The translations under genes and the position numbers were made by a program. Under the pieces are notes generated by a model that saw only the letters and a list, made by a program, of their open reading frames with translations, was not told where the DNA came from and did no database searches. Source: Polyangiaceae bacterium (lineage in GTDB: Bacteria; Myxococcota_A; Polyangia; Polyangiales; Polyangiaceae). Taken from it: a DNA stretch of 64,000 nucleotides. This document shows, one piece after another, positions 39,816 through 48,953 of the stretch (its first letter is position 1; each line of letters opens with the position of its first letter). The stretch covers positions 1 through 64,000 of the forward strand of contig JBILLK010000026.1 of assembly GCA_044376115.1 (NCBI GenBank), in the 5' to 3' direction.

Positions 39816-41206
39816 AGACGCAGCAGCTCACCGCCATTCTGCTAAGCGCGCTCAGCGCTTGTTCGTCTTCTTCGGATCGACCCAACGGGGCTCTCCCCGG
39901 TGGCGGGCTCTCGGCCACGGTCTCCTGCGCCGATGGCAACAACATGCGGCTTCACCTCGCGCGGCTACGCTGGTCTCCCGAGGTCGAGAGCATTGCGATC
40001 TACGCCATGCCCACCGGCGCTGCAGGCGGGCTCGCCCCCGGCTCCCCGCAGCGACCTGTCTTGCGTTTCAGCGGCGGCGCGCCGTGCACCGGGGCCTGTG
40101 AAGCCGAGCGCGAGGCCGTCGCGCAAAGCTTCCTCAGCGGCGCAGCCGGCCAAGGCTGGGTCTACAGCGATGATCTCTTCCCAGACATGTACCAGCCGAG
40201 CGCCTTCGCGTTTGCGGTGGTGCGCCGCGGTGGCACGTCGCAACTGGTCGCAAGCTTAGACGGCTTGCGAGCCCACCTAGCCGGCCTCGACACGCCTGAC
40301 GAAGCACAGGCTTGGGCCGCCTTGCATCGGCTCGCCGCCACCTGCCGCAGCGCTCGCCCCAACGCACGCGCGGGCCAGGCTTGGCATGAGCTCACCACCG
40401 AATTCGAACGCTGCGAGCAGCGCCCGAGCGGCGCCGTCATGGCGCGCATCCAGGTCCTTCGCCGCGTGCACCGCGATGGGCGTATCGAGTCGGGCGCAGA
40501 GCAGGAGGTCAGCAGCACACCGACGCAGGGCTGCGCCGTACCGGGTCGCATGCCGTTAGCCGGGCTCGAGCTGCAAACCCACGACGGCTCCTTCGGCGCG
40601 CTGCTTGCGCAGCTCGCGCAGGCCGAGGCCGTTTCGGTGGTGGCCTTTCGCGAGCTCGCTGGCGCGCTCACCGCGGCAAACGCGCCCGCCGCGCTGATCG
40701 CCCGCGCCGAACGCGCAGCGGAAGATGAAGTACGGCACGCGGCGCTGATGAGCGCTCATGCGCGAAGGTATGGCGCCGTTGCGACGACGCCCAGCGCGAG
40801 GGAGAGGCGGTACCCATCGCTGCTGGCCCTTGCCCTTCACAACGCCGAGGAAGGCTGCGTGAATGAGACCTACGCAGCGCTCGTCACCCTGCATCAAGCG
40901 CGCTTCGCCGAGGACCTCGAGCTCCGCCTCGATCTGCACAGCATCGCCCAAGACGAGCTTGAACACGCCAGTTGGTCGCACGATCTGGACGCGTGGTTGC
41001 ACATGCACCTCACCGCGGCTGAGCAGCTGGCCGTCGCTGGGGCGAAGGATCGCGCGCTCAAGCGGCTGGCGTCGTGCGCAGCAGCCCCGAGCAACGCGGT
41101 GAGCTTGCGAGCGGGCCTACCCGAGCCGGAGGTCGCAACGCAGCTGCTAGCCGGCCTGCAGACATTGCTGCGTGAGGCCGGCCCACTCCCGTCCGCAGCA
41201 CACTAA
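39812..41206 (+). CDS. Lipoprotein with C-terminal ferritin-like domain
   Basis: Lipobox LSAC; GRMP linker, EAVSVVAF, DEVRH, EGCVNET, DELEHASWS. Confidence 0.78.
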   Translation: MKTQQLTAILLSALSACSSSSDRPNGALPGGGLSATVSCADGNNMRLHLARLRWSPEVESIAIYAMPTGAAGGLAPGSPQRPVLRFSGGAPCTGACEAEREAVAQSFLSGAAGQGWVYSDDLFPDMYQPSAFAFAVVRRGGTSQLVASLDGLRAHLAGLDTPDEAQAWAALHRLAATCRSARPNARAGQAWHELTTEFERCEQRPSGAVMARIQVLRRVHRDGRIESGAEQEVSSTPTQGCAVPGRMPLAGLELQTHDGSFGALLAQLAQAEAVSVVAFRELAGALTAANAPAALIARAERAAEDEVRHAALMSAHARRYGAVATTPSARERRYPSLLALALHNAEEGCVNETYAALVTLHQARFAEDLELRLDLHSIAQDELEHASWSHDLDAWLHMHLTAAEQLAVAGAKDRALKRLASCAAAPSNAVSLRAGLPEPEVATQLLAGLQTLLREAGPLPSAAH

Positions 41207-41316
41207 CTGCATCAACCCGCGAAGTTCGACACGGCGCATCGCTGTCACTCGCGCAAACGTCCTGCGGCAACCGACAAGGCACGCTGCTCGCGACAAGTCT
41301 TGCGTGAATCGCTTCT

Positions 41317-42306
41317 TCAGAGGCCCATCGGAGCCTGCTCAACGCAATAGAGCCGGCCCAGGTTGGGGCTCAAAGTTCCGTCCAGGTCGACCGACGCGCA
41401 AGGGATGGGACCGTTGTTGGCCCAGCGAACATCGGTCCTGCTGAAGTCGCCAACGCGGGCGAGAAAAGCGGGCAACTTAGGCGGCATGACCGTTGGCACT
41501 GGTGTCCAGTCGTTACAATAGTGATTGCCTTGGTTGCCCACGATCTTCGCACCAATCCAAACCGGTAACTCTTCCCCCGGCGGCGGCAGCTTGTACTCAG
41601 TGACGTTGATCGGGTTGTCCAGCTGGCTGAATTCGACATCGGCAAGGACCGACCATCCAGGGACGACCTTTTCGTTGTCGAGCCGGTAGTAGGGCACAGT
41701 GTTTGGAGGAAGATCGAAGCGAAGCCCTGGGCCAGACTGGGAATCGGTCAAGTAGGCTCTCCAGTTTCCTTGGAGGCCCGCTAGATCGGCGAACTCTTGG
41801 CAGAGTTCATCAGCGCCGAGAGCCCCGGACGGGAAGACCGGCTCAACCGCGCTCGCGCTGAGGAAGACGCGTAGCCCCACCGTCTCACAGCCGTCGTCGG
41901 GCATACTCTTGTTCGGCTTTTCGATGTTTAGAAAGCCGCTCTTGCAGGTAGATTCGCAGAGCCCCTGCTTGCACACGGCTTCCTCGACGCCCGCTCCGTC
42001 GCACTTCCTAAAGCACTCCCCGCAGTGCTCAGGGTTAACGTCGAAGTCGGTGACCCCGCAACCGCCCGCCCCTCCACCGCCAGGCCCCTCGATCGCACCG
42101 CCCTCGTTCGTACCGCCCTCGTTCATGACCCCACCGGCCGCGCCACCGCCGCTCGATGAGGCGCCACCGGAGCCGCTGGGCGCATCGCCCGTTGGGCCGT
42201 TCGACGACGACGGCTCCGGACCCGGACAGCCCACCACCAGGAGCCCACCGAGGATCAACGAGAGCGCGCCGTTGCGACTCGAAGCCATGTGAAGTTGATT
42301 AAGCAT
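41317..42306 (-). CDS. Lipoprotein with Cys-rich module and endostatin/DUF1554-like C-terminal domain
   Basis: Lipobox VVGC; GADELCQ..A...G.WRAYL, PYYRLD, NPINVTE, CNDW, LYCVEQ. Confidence 0.72.
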   Translation of the reverse strand: MLNQLHMASSRNGALSLILGGLLVVGCPGPEPSSSNGPTGDAPSGSGGASSSGGGAAGGVMNEGGTNEGGAIEGPGGGGAGGCGVTDFDVNPEHCGECFRKCDGAGVEEAVCKQGLCESTCKSGFLNIEKPNKSMPDDGCETVGLRVFLSASAVEPVFPSGALGADELCQEFADLAGLQGNWRAYLTDSQSGPGLRFDLPPNTVPYYRLDNEKVVPGWSVLADVEFSQLDNPINVTEYKLPPPGEELPVWIGAKIVGNQGNHYCNDWTPVPTVMPPKLPAFLARVGDFSRTDVRWANNGPIPCASVDLDGTLSPNLGRLYCVEQAPMGL

Positions 42307-42481
42307 GACCTCAGAGTAGAGCCAGAGCCGCGCGATCGCTACGGCGCAACGCTACGCCCCGTTCACGCTCAGCGTCTCTTGTTTGGTGATCGGAGAGGCG
42401 TTGCTCGTCAGTCACGACGTTTCGGGCTCCCAGCGAAGATCTGAGCGCCGCGCTGCGCCGAGCAACCTGAGGCAGCGCGAG

Positions 42482-42853
42482 CTAACGCAAGCGCGCTCCC
42501 GTTGGCGCAGTGAACTCGCTGGTCTCCGCGTCCCCCGTGTTGACCGTCTCCTTCGGCTCGAAGATCAGCACCTCGGCCTCTTCATCAGCGGCGGTTCGAT
42601 GCTCGACGCCGCGCGGAACCACAGTGTAGTCCCCCGGCCCGAGCACCACCGAGTGATCGCGGTACTCGACGCGGAAGGTCCCACGGTGCACGAGGAACAT
42701 CTCCTCACAGGCTTCGTGCCGGTGCCAAGGAAAGGTCCCCTGCACCTTCACCACCTTGACCTCTTGCCCGTTGAGCGAGGCGATCACCTTGGGTCGCCAG
42801 TGCTCGCTAAAAGAAGCAAAGTCAGCGTTTAGGTTGCCACGCTCCGTGCTCAT
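42482..42853 (-). CDS. Cupin domain protein
   Basis: FSEHWRPK, GTFPWHRHE..EEMF, VPRGVEHR, NTGD. Confidence 0.9.
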   Translation of the reverse strand: MSTERGNLNADFASFSEHWRPKVIASLNGQEVKVVKVQGTFPWHRHEACEEMFLVHRGTFRVEYRDHSVVLGPGDYTVVPRGVEHRTAADEEAEVLIFEPKETVNTGDAETSEFTAPTGARLR

Positions 42854-42986
42854 TCGTCTTCTCCGAGCTCCACCAACGTCGTGCTCAGCTGAACGCGGTC
42901 CCCGTTCACCTGCCCCGTTTGGCAGATCAGCGTGGTCTTCCCGCCCGGTTCGAAGTCGGCCTCCGCGCACAGCTCAAAGAAGCCTG
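42850..42986 (-). pseudogene. 3' remnant of a gene translationally coupled to the cupin
   Basis: GFFELCAEADFEPGGKTTLICQTGQVNGDRVQLSTTLVELGEDE-stop overlapping the cupin ATG (ATGA); its 5' end coincides with the 42984-42986 junction. Confidence 0.45.
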
Positions 42987-43733
42987 ACCGGAAACGCCGA
43001 GTACCCCTCGCTGGGGGCAGTGCGCGAGACTCCACACGCGATATCCTGGGCCAAAGGCCTGCCCGACCCAACCGCCTCGGCTTCCGAATTAGCCGAGGCC
43101 GAAAGGTGGATGGCGCTGCTTGGCGTCTACAACGGCCATGCCTCGGGCGTAGGGCGCGTCGTCGTCGACTCGACGTGGCACCATTGGATGGATATCAACC
43201 TGCTTGCGCTCGAGGCAGCCGCAGCGACTGCAACGGTCGACCTCCCGACGCTCAGCGACAAGAGAGCGCGAAACGCGGCTCTCGAGGTGATCGCGAACTA
43301 CGACAAGATCGTCCGCTACTTCATCAACATCGCGATCTGGCTCGCTCCTCCGACGAAGCAACATTGGATGCTGCACGCGGCCACAGGCTGGGCCGTCACC
43401 CAGCCCCGGTCCAAGCAGGACCTCGACGAGAGGACGCCCACCGAAATGGCAGGACAGCTCGCCGCCGAGACGCTCGCCCGCCAGGTTGGACCGTGCCAAC
43501 TCGATGAATGGCTCCATCTCCTATCGCCCGGCCCCAAGCCACGCCCGCACTGGCCGCCGGCTCCTCTCACCTGGCCGCGACGTTTTGAGTTGCTTGGCTC
43601 GCTCGTGAAGGAACTCCTCGCGCTCAGTCCTGAGGCCCAAAGCCACGGACTCAGGCCGCTGTCGTCAGCATGTAGCCCACACCGCGAATCGTCCGCAGCA
43701 GGATCGGACGCGACGGATCCGGCTCGAGCTTGA
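42984..43733 (+). pseudogene. C-terminal half of the hypothetical protein begun at 13489
   Basis: LTGNAEYP, GVYNGH..VGRVVVDSTWHHWMDINL, YDKIVRYFINIAIWLAP; no credible start of its own. Confidence 0.7.
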
Positions 43734-44343
43734 GGCGCAGACGGTAGACGGCCACATCCACGGCGCGGTCGAAGACAGCGCCCGGATCGCCTTTCATCGA
43801 CCCGAGGAGCGCCTCGCGCGAGACGACGCGGTTGGCCCGCGCGACGAGCGCTCGCAAGAGTTCGAACTCGTTCGTCGTGACCGCCACCGGCTCTCCCCGA
43901 ACGGTGCACGTACGCGAGCGCAGATCGAGCCGGAGGGGGCCAGCGCTGAGGCTCGACTTCTCCGCTATCCCGCGCGCCCTTCGAACATGAGCCGTAAGCC
44001 GCGCGACCATCTCGCGAGCACGCAGCGGCCCGACCCAGAAGTCGTCTGCGCCTGCGTCGAGCGCCAGTACCAAGCTCGTCTCGTCGTAGCGCGGGCTCGT
44101 CACGATGATGGGGAGCGGCTTCTCCGCGCGGAGCCGCGCACAGACTGCACGCGGGTTCGCGCCTGGCAGCTCCCACTCCATCAGCAGCGCGTCAAAGTCG
44201 CGCAGCTGAAACTGATGCACCAGGTTGGTTGCGTCCTCGACGACGTGCGCAAGCACGGCCCCCTGGGCCTCGAGCTCACGCCCGAGCCTCGTGTCCGCGC
44301 GGGTGGTCGCCCAAAGCAGGCAGATCGGTTCGGAGGGTTCCAT
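43651..44343 (-). CDS. OmpR/PhoB family regulator with degenerate receiver domain
   Basis: wHTH TTNEFELL, VVSREALL, DRAVDVAVYRLRLKLE, TIRGVGY; receiver reads LLMEWELPG. Confidence 0.85.
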   Translation of the reverse strand: MEPSEPICLLWATTRADTRLGRELEAQGAVLAHVVEDATNLVHQFQLRDFDALLMEWELPGANPRAVCARLRAEKPLPIIVTSPRYDETSLVLALDAGADDFWVGPLRAREMVARLTAHVRRARGIAEKSSLSAGPLRLDLRSRTCTVRGEPVAVTTNEFELLRALVARANRVVSREALLGSMKGDPGAVFDRAVDVAVYRLRLKLEPDPSRPILLRTIRGVGYMLTTAA

Positions 44344-44397
44344 TGCAGAGCGAGAATGCAACGCCTTCGGGACCGCGTCGCAGCCTCGCGGACGGAG

Positions 44398-45024
44398 TCA
44401 CCAATTCCGCTGACGACCCGGCGTCGCTGGCGGATGAACGCCCGCAGGCTGAAGCTGCACCGCGAGGAAGCGCGGCGCCTGCCGCTCCCCGACGAGCGCG
44501 AGCAGCGGCCGAAGCGCACGCGACGACTCGCTCGGATCTTCCAGCCAGAGCACCGCGACGAACGCGAGCGCCCAGTCGAGGGCGTCATCATCGGTGGGTA
44601 CGAAGCGCGCGAAGACGCGCGCGAGTGCCCGCGTGCATTCGAGCCGAACGAGGTTCTCAACGTCTCTTTCAGCCTTCACCGTGCGGCCGGAGCGGGCCGC
44701 AGCGGAGTGAGGCGCACAAGCGTCACGGAGCCGGTGGAAGCCGTCGACGAGCCGAATCAACTCGGGCACGAGGTCCAGCTCGGTCTGCGATTCGAGCGCA
44801 CGAAACGGCTCGAGCAAGACCCACAAATCGTAGCCACACGCGGCAGCAACGAGCGCCGACTTGGCCGGGTAGCGGCGAAAGATGGTGCCCTCCGAGATGT
44901 GGGCGCGCCGCGCGATCTCGCGCACCGTCACGCTGGGCCCGACGGCCTGCAGCGCCTCACGCGTAGCGTTCAAGATGTGCGTATCGTCGATCGAGCGAGG
45001 TCGGCCTCGCGCAGCGGAGCTCAT
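44398..45024 (-). CDS. TetR family regulator
   Basis: GRPRSIDD..IL, TVREIARRAHISEGTIFRRYPAKSAL. Confidence 0.85.
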   Translation of the reverse strand: MSSAARGRPRSIDDTHILNATREALQAVGPSVTVREIARRAHISEGTIFRRYPAKSALVAAACGYDLWVLLEPFRALESQTELDLVPELIRLVDGFHRLRDACAPHSAAARSGRTVKAERDVENLVRLECTRALARVFARFVPTDDDALDWALAFVAVLWLEDPSESSRALRPLLALVGERQAPRFLAVQLQPAGVHPPATPGRQRNW

Positions 45025-45794
45025 CGTTTGCGGACTCCCGGTGTTGACGTAAGCAGCCAATCGCGCACCGACTGTGCGCGGTCTCGCGCCACGGGCACGC
45101 GCACCCCAGCTCCTTCGCCGTCATAGCGCTGCCCAATGAATAGCCAGGTCTCCCCCGAGTCACGATCGAGCACGCGAATGTGTTGTGTAGCCACCAGCCA
45201 GTTGCGATGGACGCGACGGAAGCGGCTACCAAAGGTGCTCTCGAGCGACTGCAGCGAAAGGTCCACGTCGAAGACGCCGTGGGCGGTATGAACGAGGGTC
45301 AACCGCTCCTGTGACTCGCAGGCCCAGATCTCGTCGGCGTCGAGGAAGACGAGGCTGCGTTTGTTGCGTGCGACCAGCCGATCAGCGGGGGCTTGAGCCA
45401 CGGTGGTGCGCCGACTGATCCGCTGCAGACACTGCCGCGTGCGCTCGAAAGTGAACGGCTTCGTCAGGTAGTCCACCACGCCGAGTTCGAACGCCTCCAC
45501 CGCGCGATCGTTCAAGGCCGTCGCCAGCACGAAGGCGGGCGCACCCTCGCGGTGGGCCCACTCTTTGACGAGCGCGAGGCCGTTCGCCTTCGACCCAAGC
45601 AGGTTGATATCGACGAAGGCGACATCGATGCCGGAGGCGAGATCGGTCTTCTCCAGCAAGGCCGTCGCGTCATCCGAGGTCGCGACAGCGCCGACTACCA
45701 CCGCGAGCTTCGTCCGCTCCAAGAGCTCGACCAGGTACTGCCGCGCGATCCATTCGTCCTCCACCACCAAGGCGCGCAAGACCGTCTCGCTCAT
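45021..45794 (-). CDS. LytTR family response regulator
   Basis: ALVVEDE, AFVDINL, AFELGVVDYLTKPF, FRRVHRNWLV, VPVARDR. Confidence 0.92.
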   Translation of the reverse strand: MSETVLRALVVEDEWIARQYLVELLERTKLAVVVGAVATSDDATALLEKTDLASGIDVAFVDINLLGSKANGLALVKEWAHREGAPAFVLATALNDRAVEAFELGVVDYLTKPFTFERTRQCLQRISRRTTVAQAPADRLVARNKRSLVFLDADEIWACESQERLTLVHTAHGVFDVDLSLQSLESTFGSRFRRVHRNWLVATQHIRVLDRDSGETWLFIGQRYDGEGAGVRVPVARDRAQSVRDWLLTSTPGVRKR

Positions 45795-46906
45795 GCCGCC
45801 GCCTTCTCGACGAAGGGCACGTCGATGTCTGCGCGGGTGATGCCGTCTTCCGACGCTAGCGTGAACAGCGCCGAGGTGTAGCTGAGCTCGAGCCGCCGCC
45901 GCACGTTGCCCACGCCGATCGCGCCATCCCGCACCGAAGGCGTGACTCCCGGGCCGTTGTCCTCCACCGTACACACGAGCCTCGACTCCCCATCGCGGCT
46001 CTCCTTGCGTGCCACGATGCGCACTCGACCCCCTTGGCTGCAGCGCAGAGCCCCGTGTTGCACGGCGTTCTCCACCAACGGCTGGAGCAATAGACGCGGC
46101 ACCATCGCTGTACGCGCCGCCTTCTCGACGTCCCACTCGACGGTGAACTGGCCGAGGTGGCGCAACTCGAGGATCTCGACATAGCGGGCAAGCCACTCGA
46201 GTTCGCTCTCGAGCGGTTGCAGCTCATCCTGCTCGCGCAGCGCATCTCGCAGTAGGTCCCCCAAACAGGAGACCAACCAGCGCGCCTTCTCCGCGTCGAT
46301 CGTTACCAGGCCGGACACCATGTTGAGCGTGTTGAGCAAGAAGTGCGGTTCGAGCTGGCTTCGCAGCCGTTGTAGCTCGGCGATCGCGCGCAGCCCCTCG
46401 GCCTCACGACGCAGCCTCTCGAGCTCGGTATGCCGGGCGTGCTCGGCTGCCAGCTCGGAAGGGATCACGAAGGCGACCGACCAAATACCGAGCTGGATCA
46501 CGCCGACCAGGAGCCCTGCGATGACGCCGCGGAAGGGCGTGACGATGGGACCAAAAGACTGGTCCACAAAAGCTGAAAACGGGCCGCCGTAGCGAACGGA
46601 GTAGGCCGCCAAACCTCCAACCACGGCGCCCGTAACGAGGGTGGCCGGGACGCTGAAGAGGATCCATCGGCGCGCTGAAGCCCCGCGACCGTCGACGACG
46701 CGCGAAACGCTCGCCAAGAGCGGGAGCAGTACGGCAGCCTCAAGCATCACGAGGAGGATCGGGAAAGGGATCTGCCAAGGCCCCTCCTGAAAGAAGAGCA
46801 GCGGCGGCAACAGCTGCACCAACAGCAAAATGATTGCGACGACTGCACCCAGAAGGCGACGGCGGCGCGCCGACGTTGGTGGGCTCTTGGAGGGCTCGCT
46901 CTTCAC
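45791..46906 (-). CDS. LytS/YehU-type membrane sensor histidine kinase
   Basis: About four TM helices; LRSQLEPHFLLNTLN, LLQPLVENAVQHG, VEDNGPG, IGVGNVRRRL. Confidence 0.9.
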   Translation of the reverse strand: MKSEPSKSPPTSARRRRLLGAVVAIILLLVQLLPPLLFFQEGPWQIPFPILLVMLEAAVLLPLLASVSRVVDGRGASARRWILFSVPATLVTGAVVGGLAAYSVRYGGPFSAFVDQSFGPIVTPFRGVIAGLLVGVIQLGIWSVAFVIPSELAAEHARHTELERLRREAEGLRAIAELQRLRSQLEPHFLLNTLNMVSGLVTIDAEKARWLVSCLGDLLRDALREQDELQPLESELEWLARYVEILELRHLGQFTVEWDVEKAARTAMVPRLLLQPLVENAVQHGALRCSQGGRVRIVARKESRDGESRLVCTVEDNGPGVTPSVRDGAIGVGNVRRRLELSYTSALFTLASEDGITRADIDVPFVEKAAA

Positions 46907-47063
46907 AAAGCAAGGATACCGCGCAACGGCGTACACGCCCGCGTCCGCAGACGAGAGGGGCCCGCTGCCGGACGAACCGGGACAGCGTTATTCCGTCCGC
47001 GGAATCCGACCTCTCGTCGGGAACGGCGCGACGGGGCGTCACGCCGTCTACCAAACTAAACCC

Positions 47064-48029
47064 ATGATCGAACGTCTCGAGTCACGGAGCCCGAAGCTGC
47101 AACAGGTGTATCGAACCGCCCAGCGCCTCGCCGGGCGAGATGTCCCGGTCCTGATCACAGGCGAGACCGGCACCGGCAAGGAAGTGCTCGCGAATTGGAT
47201 CCACGCCGAGAGCCCGCGCAAGGGGCAGCCCTTTGTGCGCTTCAACTGCGCCGCTTTGCCCGTCACCCTCGCCGAGGCCGAGCTCTTCGGCCACGCACGC
47301 GGGGCCTTCACCAGCGCCGACTCCGCGCGGGAGGGCTACTTTGCACGCGCATCGGGCGGCACGCTCGTCCTTGATGAAGTCGGTGAACTCCCGCCCACGG
47401 TGCAGGGAGCGCTGCTGCGCGCGACGCAGTCCGGCGAGATCCAGCGGGTCGGCAAAGGGAGCATCGAGCGCGTAGACGTCCGTTTGATCGCTTGCACCAA
47501 CCGCGATCTCGAGGATCCATCCTCGGGCTTTCGTCGCGACCTCTTCTATCGCCTGGCCGTCGTCGAGCTGCACATCCCCCCGCTGCGTGAGCGGATGGAG
47601 GACGTAGCGCCGCTCGCCTGCGAGTTCGCCCGGGTCTACGGCGAACGCTTCGGGCTGCGCGAGACGACGCTGCCGAAAGGCTTCATCGCCCGACTCGAGG
47701 GCCATCATTGGCCGGGCAACGTGCGCGAGCTCGAGAGCGTCGTGCAGGCGCTCGCAGCGACCTGCGTCGACACCTTCGAAGACGGCGACTGGGAGGTTGC
47801 CCTGCGCGGCATCGGTCGATCGGGTGGCGGCGTCGCGGGCATTCGCGCCGAACTTTCGAGCACCGAACACGAGCGCCTGGCGGCCTCGCTGCGCGAACAC
47901 CGCGGGAACCTCGCAGCCGCGGCGCGGGCGCTCAAGCTCCCGCGCACCACGCTGTTCGACAAGCTCTCGAAGCACGGCCTGATCCCGGTCCGCGGGCTAC
48001 CGCGCTCGCAGGCGGAAGCTCGCCCATGA
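47064..48029 (+). CDS. Sigma54-dependent activator (AAA+ and Fis-type HTH only)
   Basis: GETGTGKE, NCAAL, ELFGHARGAFTSA, LDEVGEL, FRRDLFYRL, WPGNVREL, HTH. Confidence 0.92.
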   Translation: MIERLESRSPKLQQVYRTAQRLAGRDVPVLITGETGTGKEVLANWIHAESPRKGQPFVRFNCAALPVTLAEAELFGHARGAFTSADSAREGYFARASGGTLVLDEVGELPPTVQGALLRATQSGEIQRVGKGSIERVDVRLIACTNRDLEDPSSGFRRDLFYRLAVVELHIPPLRERMEDVAPLACEFARVYGERFGLRETTLPKGFIARLEGHHWPGNVRELESVVQALAATCVDTFEDGDWEVALRGIGRSGGGVAGIRAELSSTEHERLAASLREHRGNLAAAARALKLPRTTLFDKLSKHGLIPVRGLPRSQAEARP

Positions 48030-48953
48030 GGTCCCGCCGCGCGCGTCGTGCAGCGTGACCCAAAACCGCATCGTCTGATCGTCCTCCGCCTTCAGCTCGA
48101 ACTCTGCCGAGGTCTCCTCAGTCGTGACCACGTCGAGCTCCTTGTCGAGCTCGCGGCCCGTTGCGTACGCGCGTACCCAGGCCGTCTCCGGCTCGCCGGA
48201 GTCCAGCTCCTCGAGCGACTCCGGCTCGACGTTGACCGCGATCGGCGTCGCGGTGCAGGTCTTCGTGTCGGCGCATACGGCGACGCAGCGCGGCTCATCG
48301 TCGGCGCATTCGATCGGCTCAATCGGCGATAGGTCGTCCACGCAATCGTCCCCTGCGCAATCGAGCGGGATGCTGCGCCCGTCGATTTGGACCTCCACCA
48401 AGCTCGGCACCACGTTGGCGGCCTCCTCTTCGACGGTCACGGTCGCGAAGGAGAAGACGTACTCGTCGGAGCCGAGTGGGCTACCTGCATCGTCGACGCA
48501 GTCGAAGGGCACGTCGGAAGCGCGCTGGCTCGCGGTGGGTCGCAGCGTGCCGTTGCAGGCGACGAAGAAGACGAAGCCGGTCCCCACGAAGGTCCCATCG
48601 CTTTGTTCGACCAGCACGTCCTCCGGCACCGTGATCTCGACCCGCGACTCCTCGGAGATCGCGGCCGAGCTCGGATCAATGGAGCGAAGCTCCTCAAAGC
48701 ACGCGGCGAACGAGTTGCCACGTGGGTTCCAGCACGGCGCAAACCAGGCGACGCGTGAGCTGCGCCCAGCGCGAGGCTCGGTCCACAAGGCCGTGAGAGC
48801 GAGGGGCTCGCCTGCCGTGGGCGTGCTCTCTTGCCGGATGGCGAACACACGCAGGGTGGTCACCTCCCAAGCCTCGGGCAGATCGTCGCTGCAGCCTGCC
48901 AGCGCGGCCGCGGCCAAGGTGAGCTGTCCCCATCGCATCAAAGATCGCTTCAT
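47997..48953 (-). CDS. Lipoprotein co-transcribed with the TonB-dependent receptor
   Basis: Lipobox LAGC; LRVFAIRQE, C-terminal HDARGGTSW; TGATG overlap with the receptor stop. Confidence 0.75.
   Translation of the reverse strand: MKRSLMRWGQLTLAAAALAGCSDDLPEAWEVTTLRVFAIRQESTPTAGEPLALTALWTEPRAGRSSRVAWFAPCWNPRGNSFAACFEELRSIDPSSAAISEESRVEITVPEDVLVEQSDGTFVGTGFVFFVACNGTLRPTASQRASDVPFDCVDDAGSPLGSDEYVFSFATVTVEEEAANVVPSLVEVQIDGRSIPLDCAGDDCVDDLSPIEPIECADDEPRCVAVCADTKTCTATPIAVNVEPESLEELDSGEPETAWVRAYATGRELDKELDVVTTEETSAEFELKAEDDQTMRFWVTLHDARGGTSWASFRLRAR

Noticed and set aside
42756..42983. N-terminal 76 codons of ORF 42756-43733
   Set aside because: Antisense to the cupin and its upstream remnant; protein-like sequence starts only at the 42984 junction.
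14224..42986. Prophage, ICE or transposon as the identity of the intervening segment
   Set aside because: No integrase, transposase, phage structural or conjugation genes recognised, and no long direct or terminal inverted repeats at the ends.
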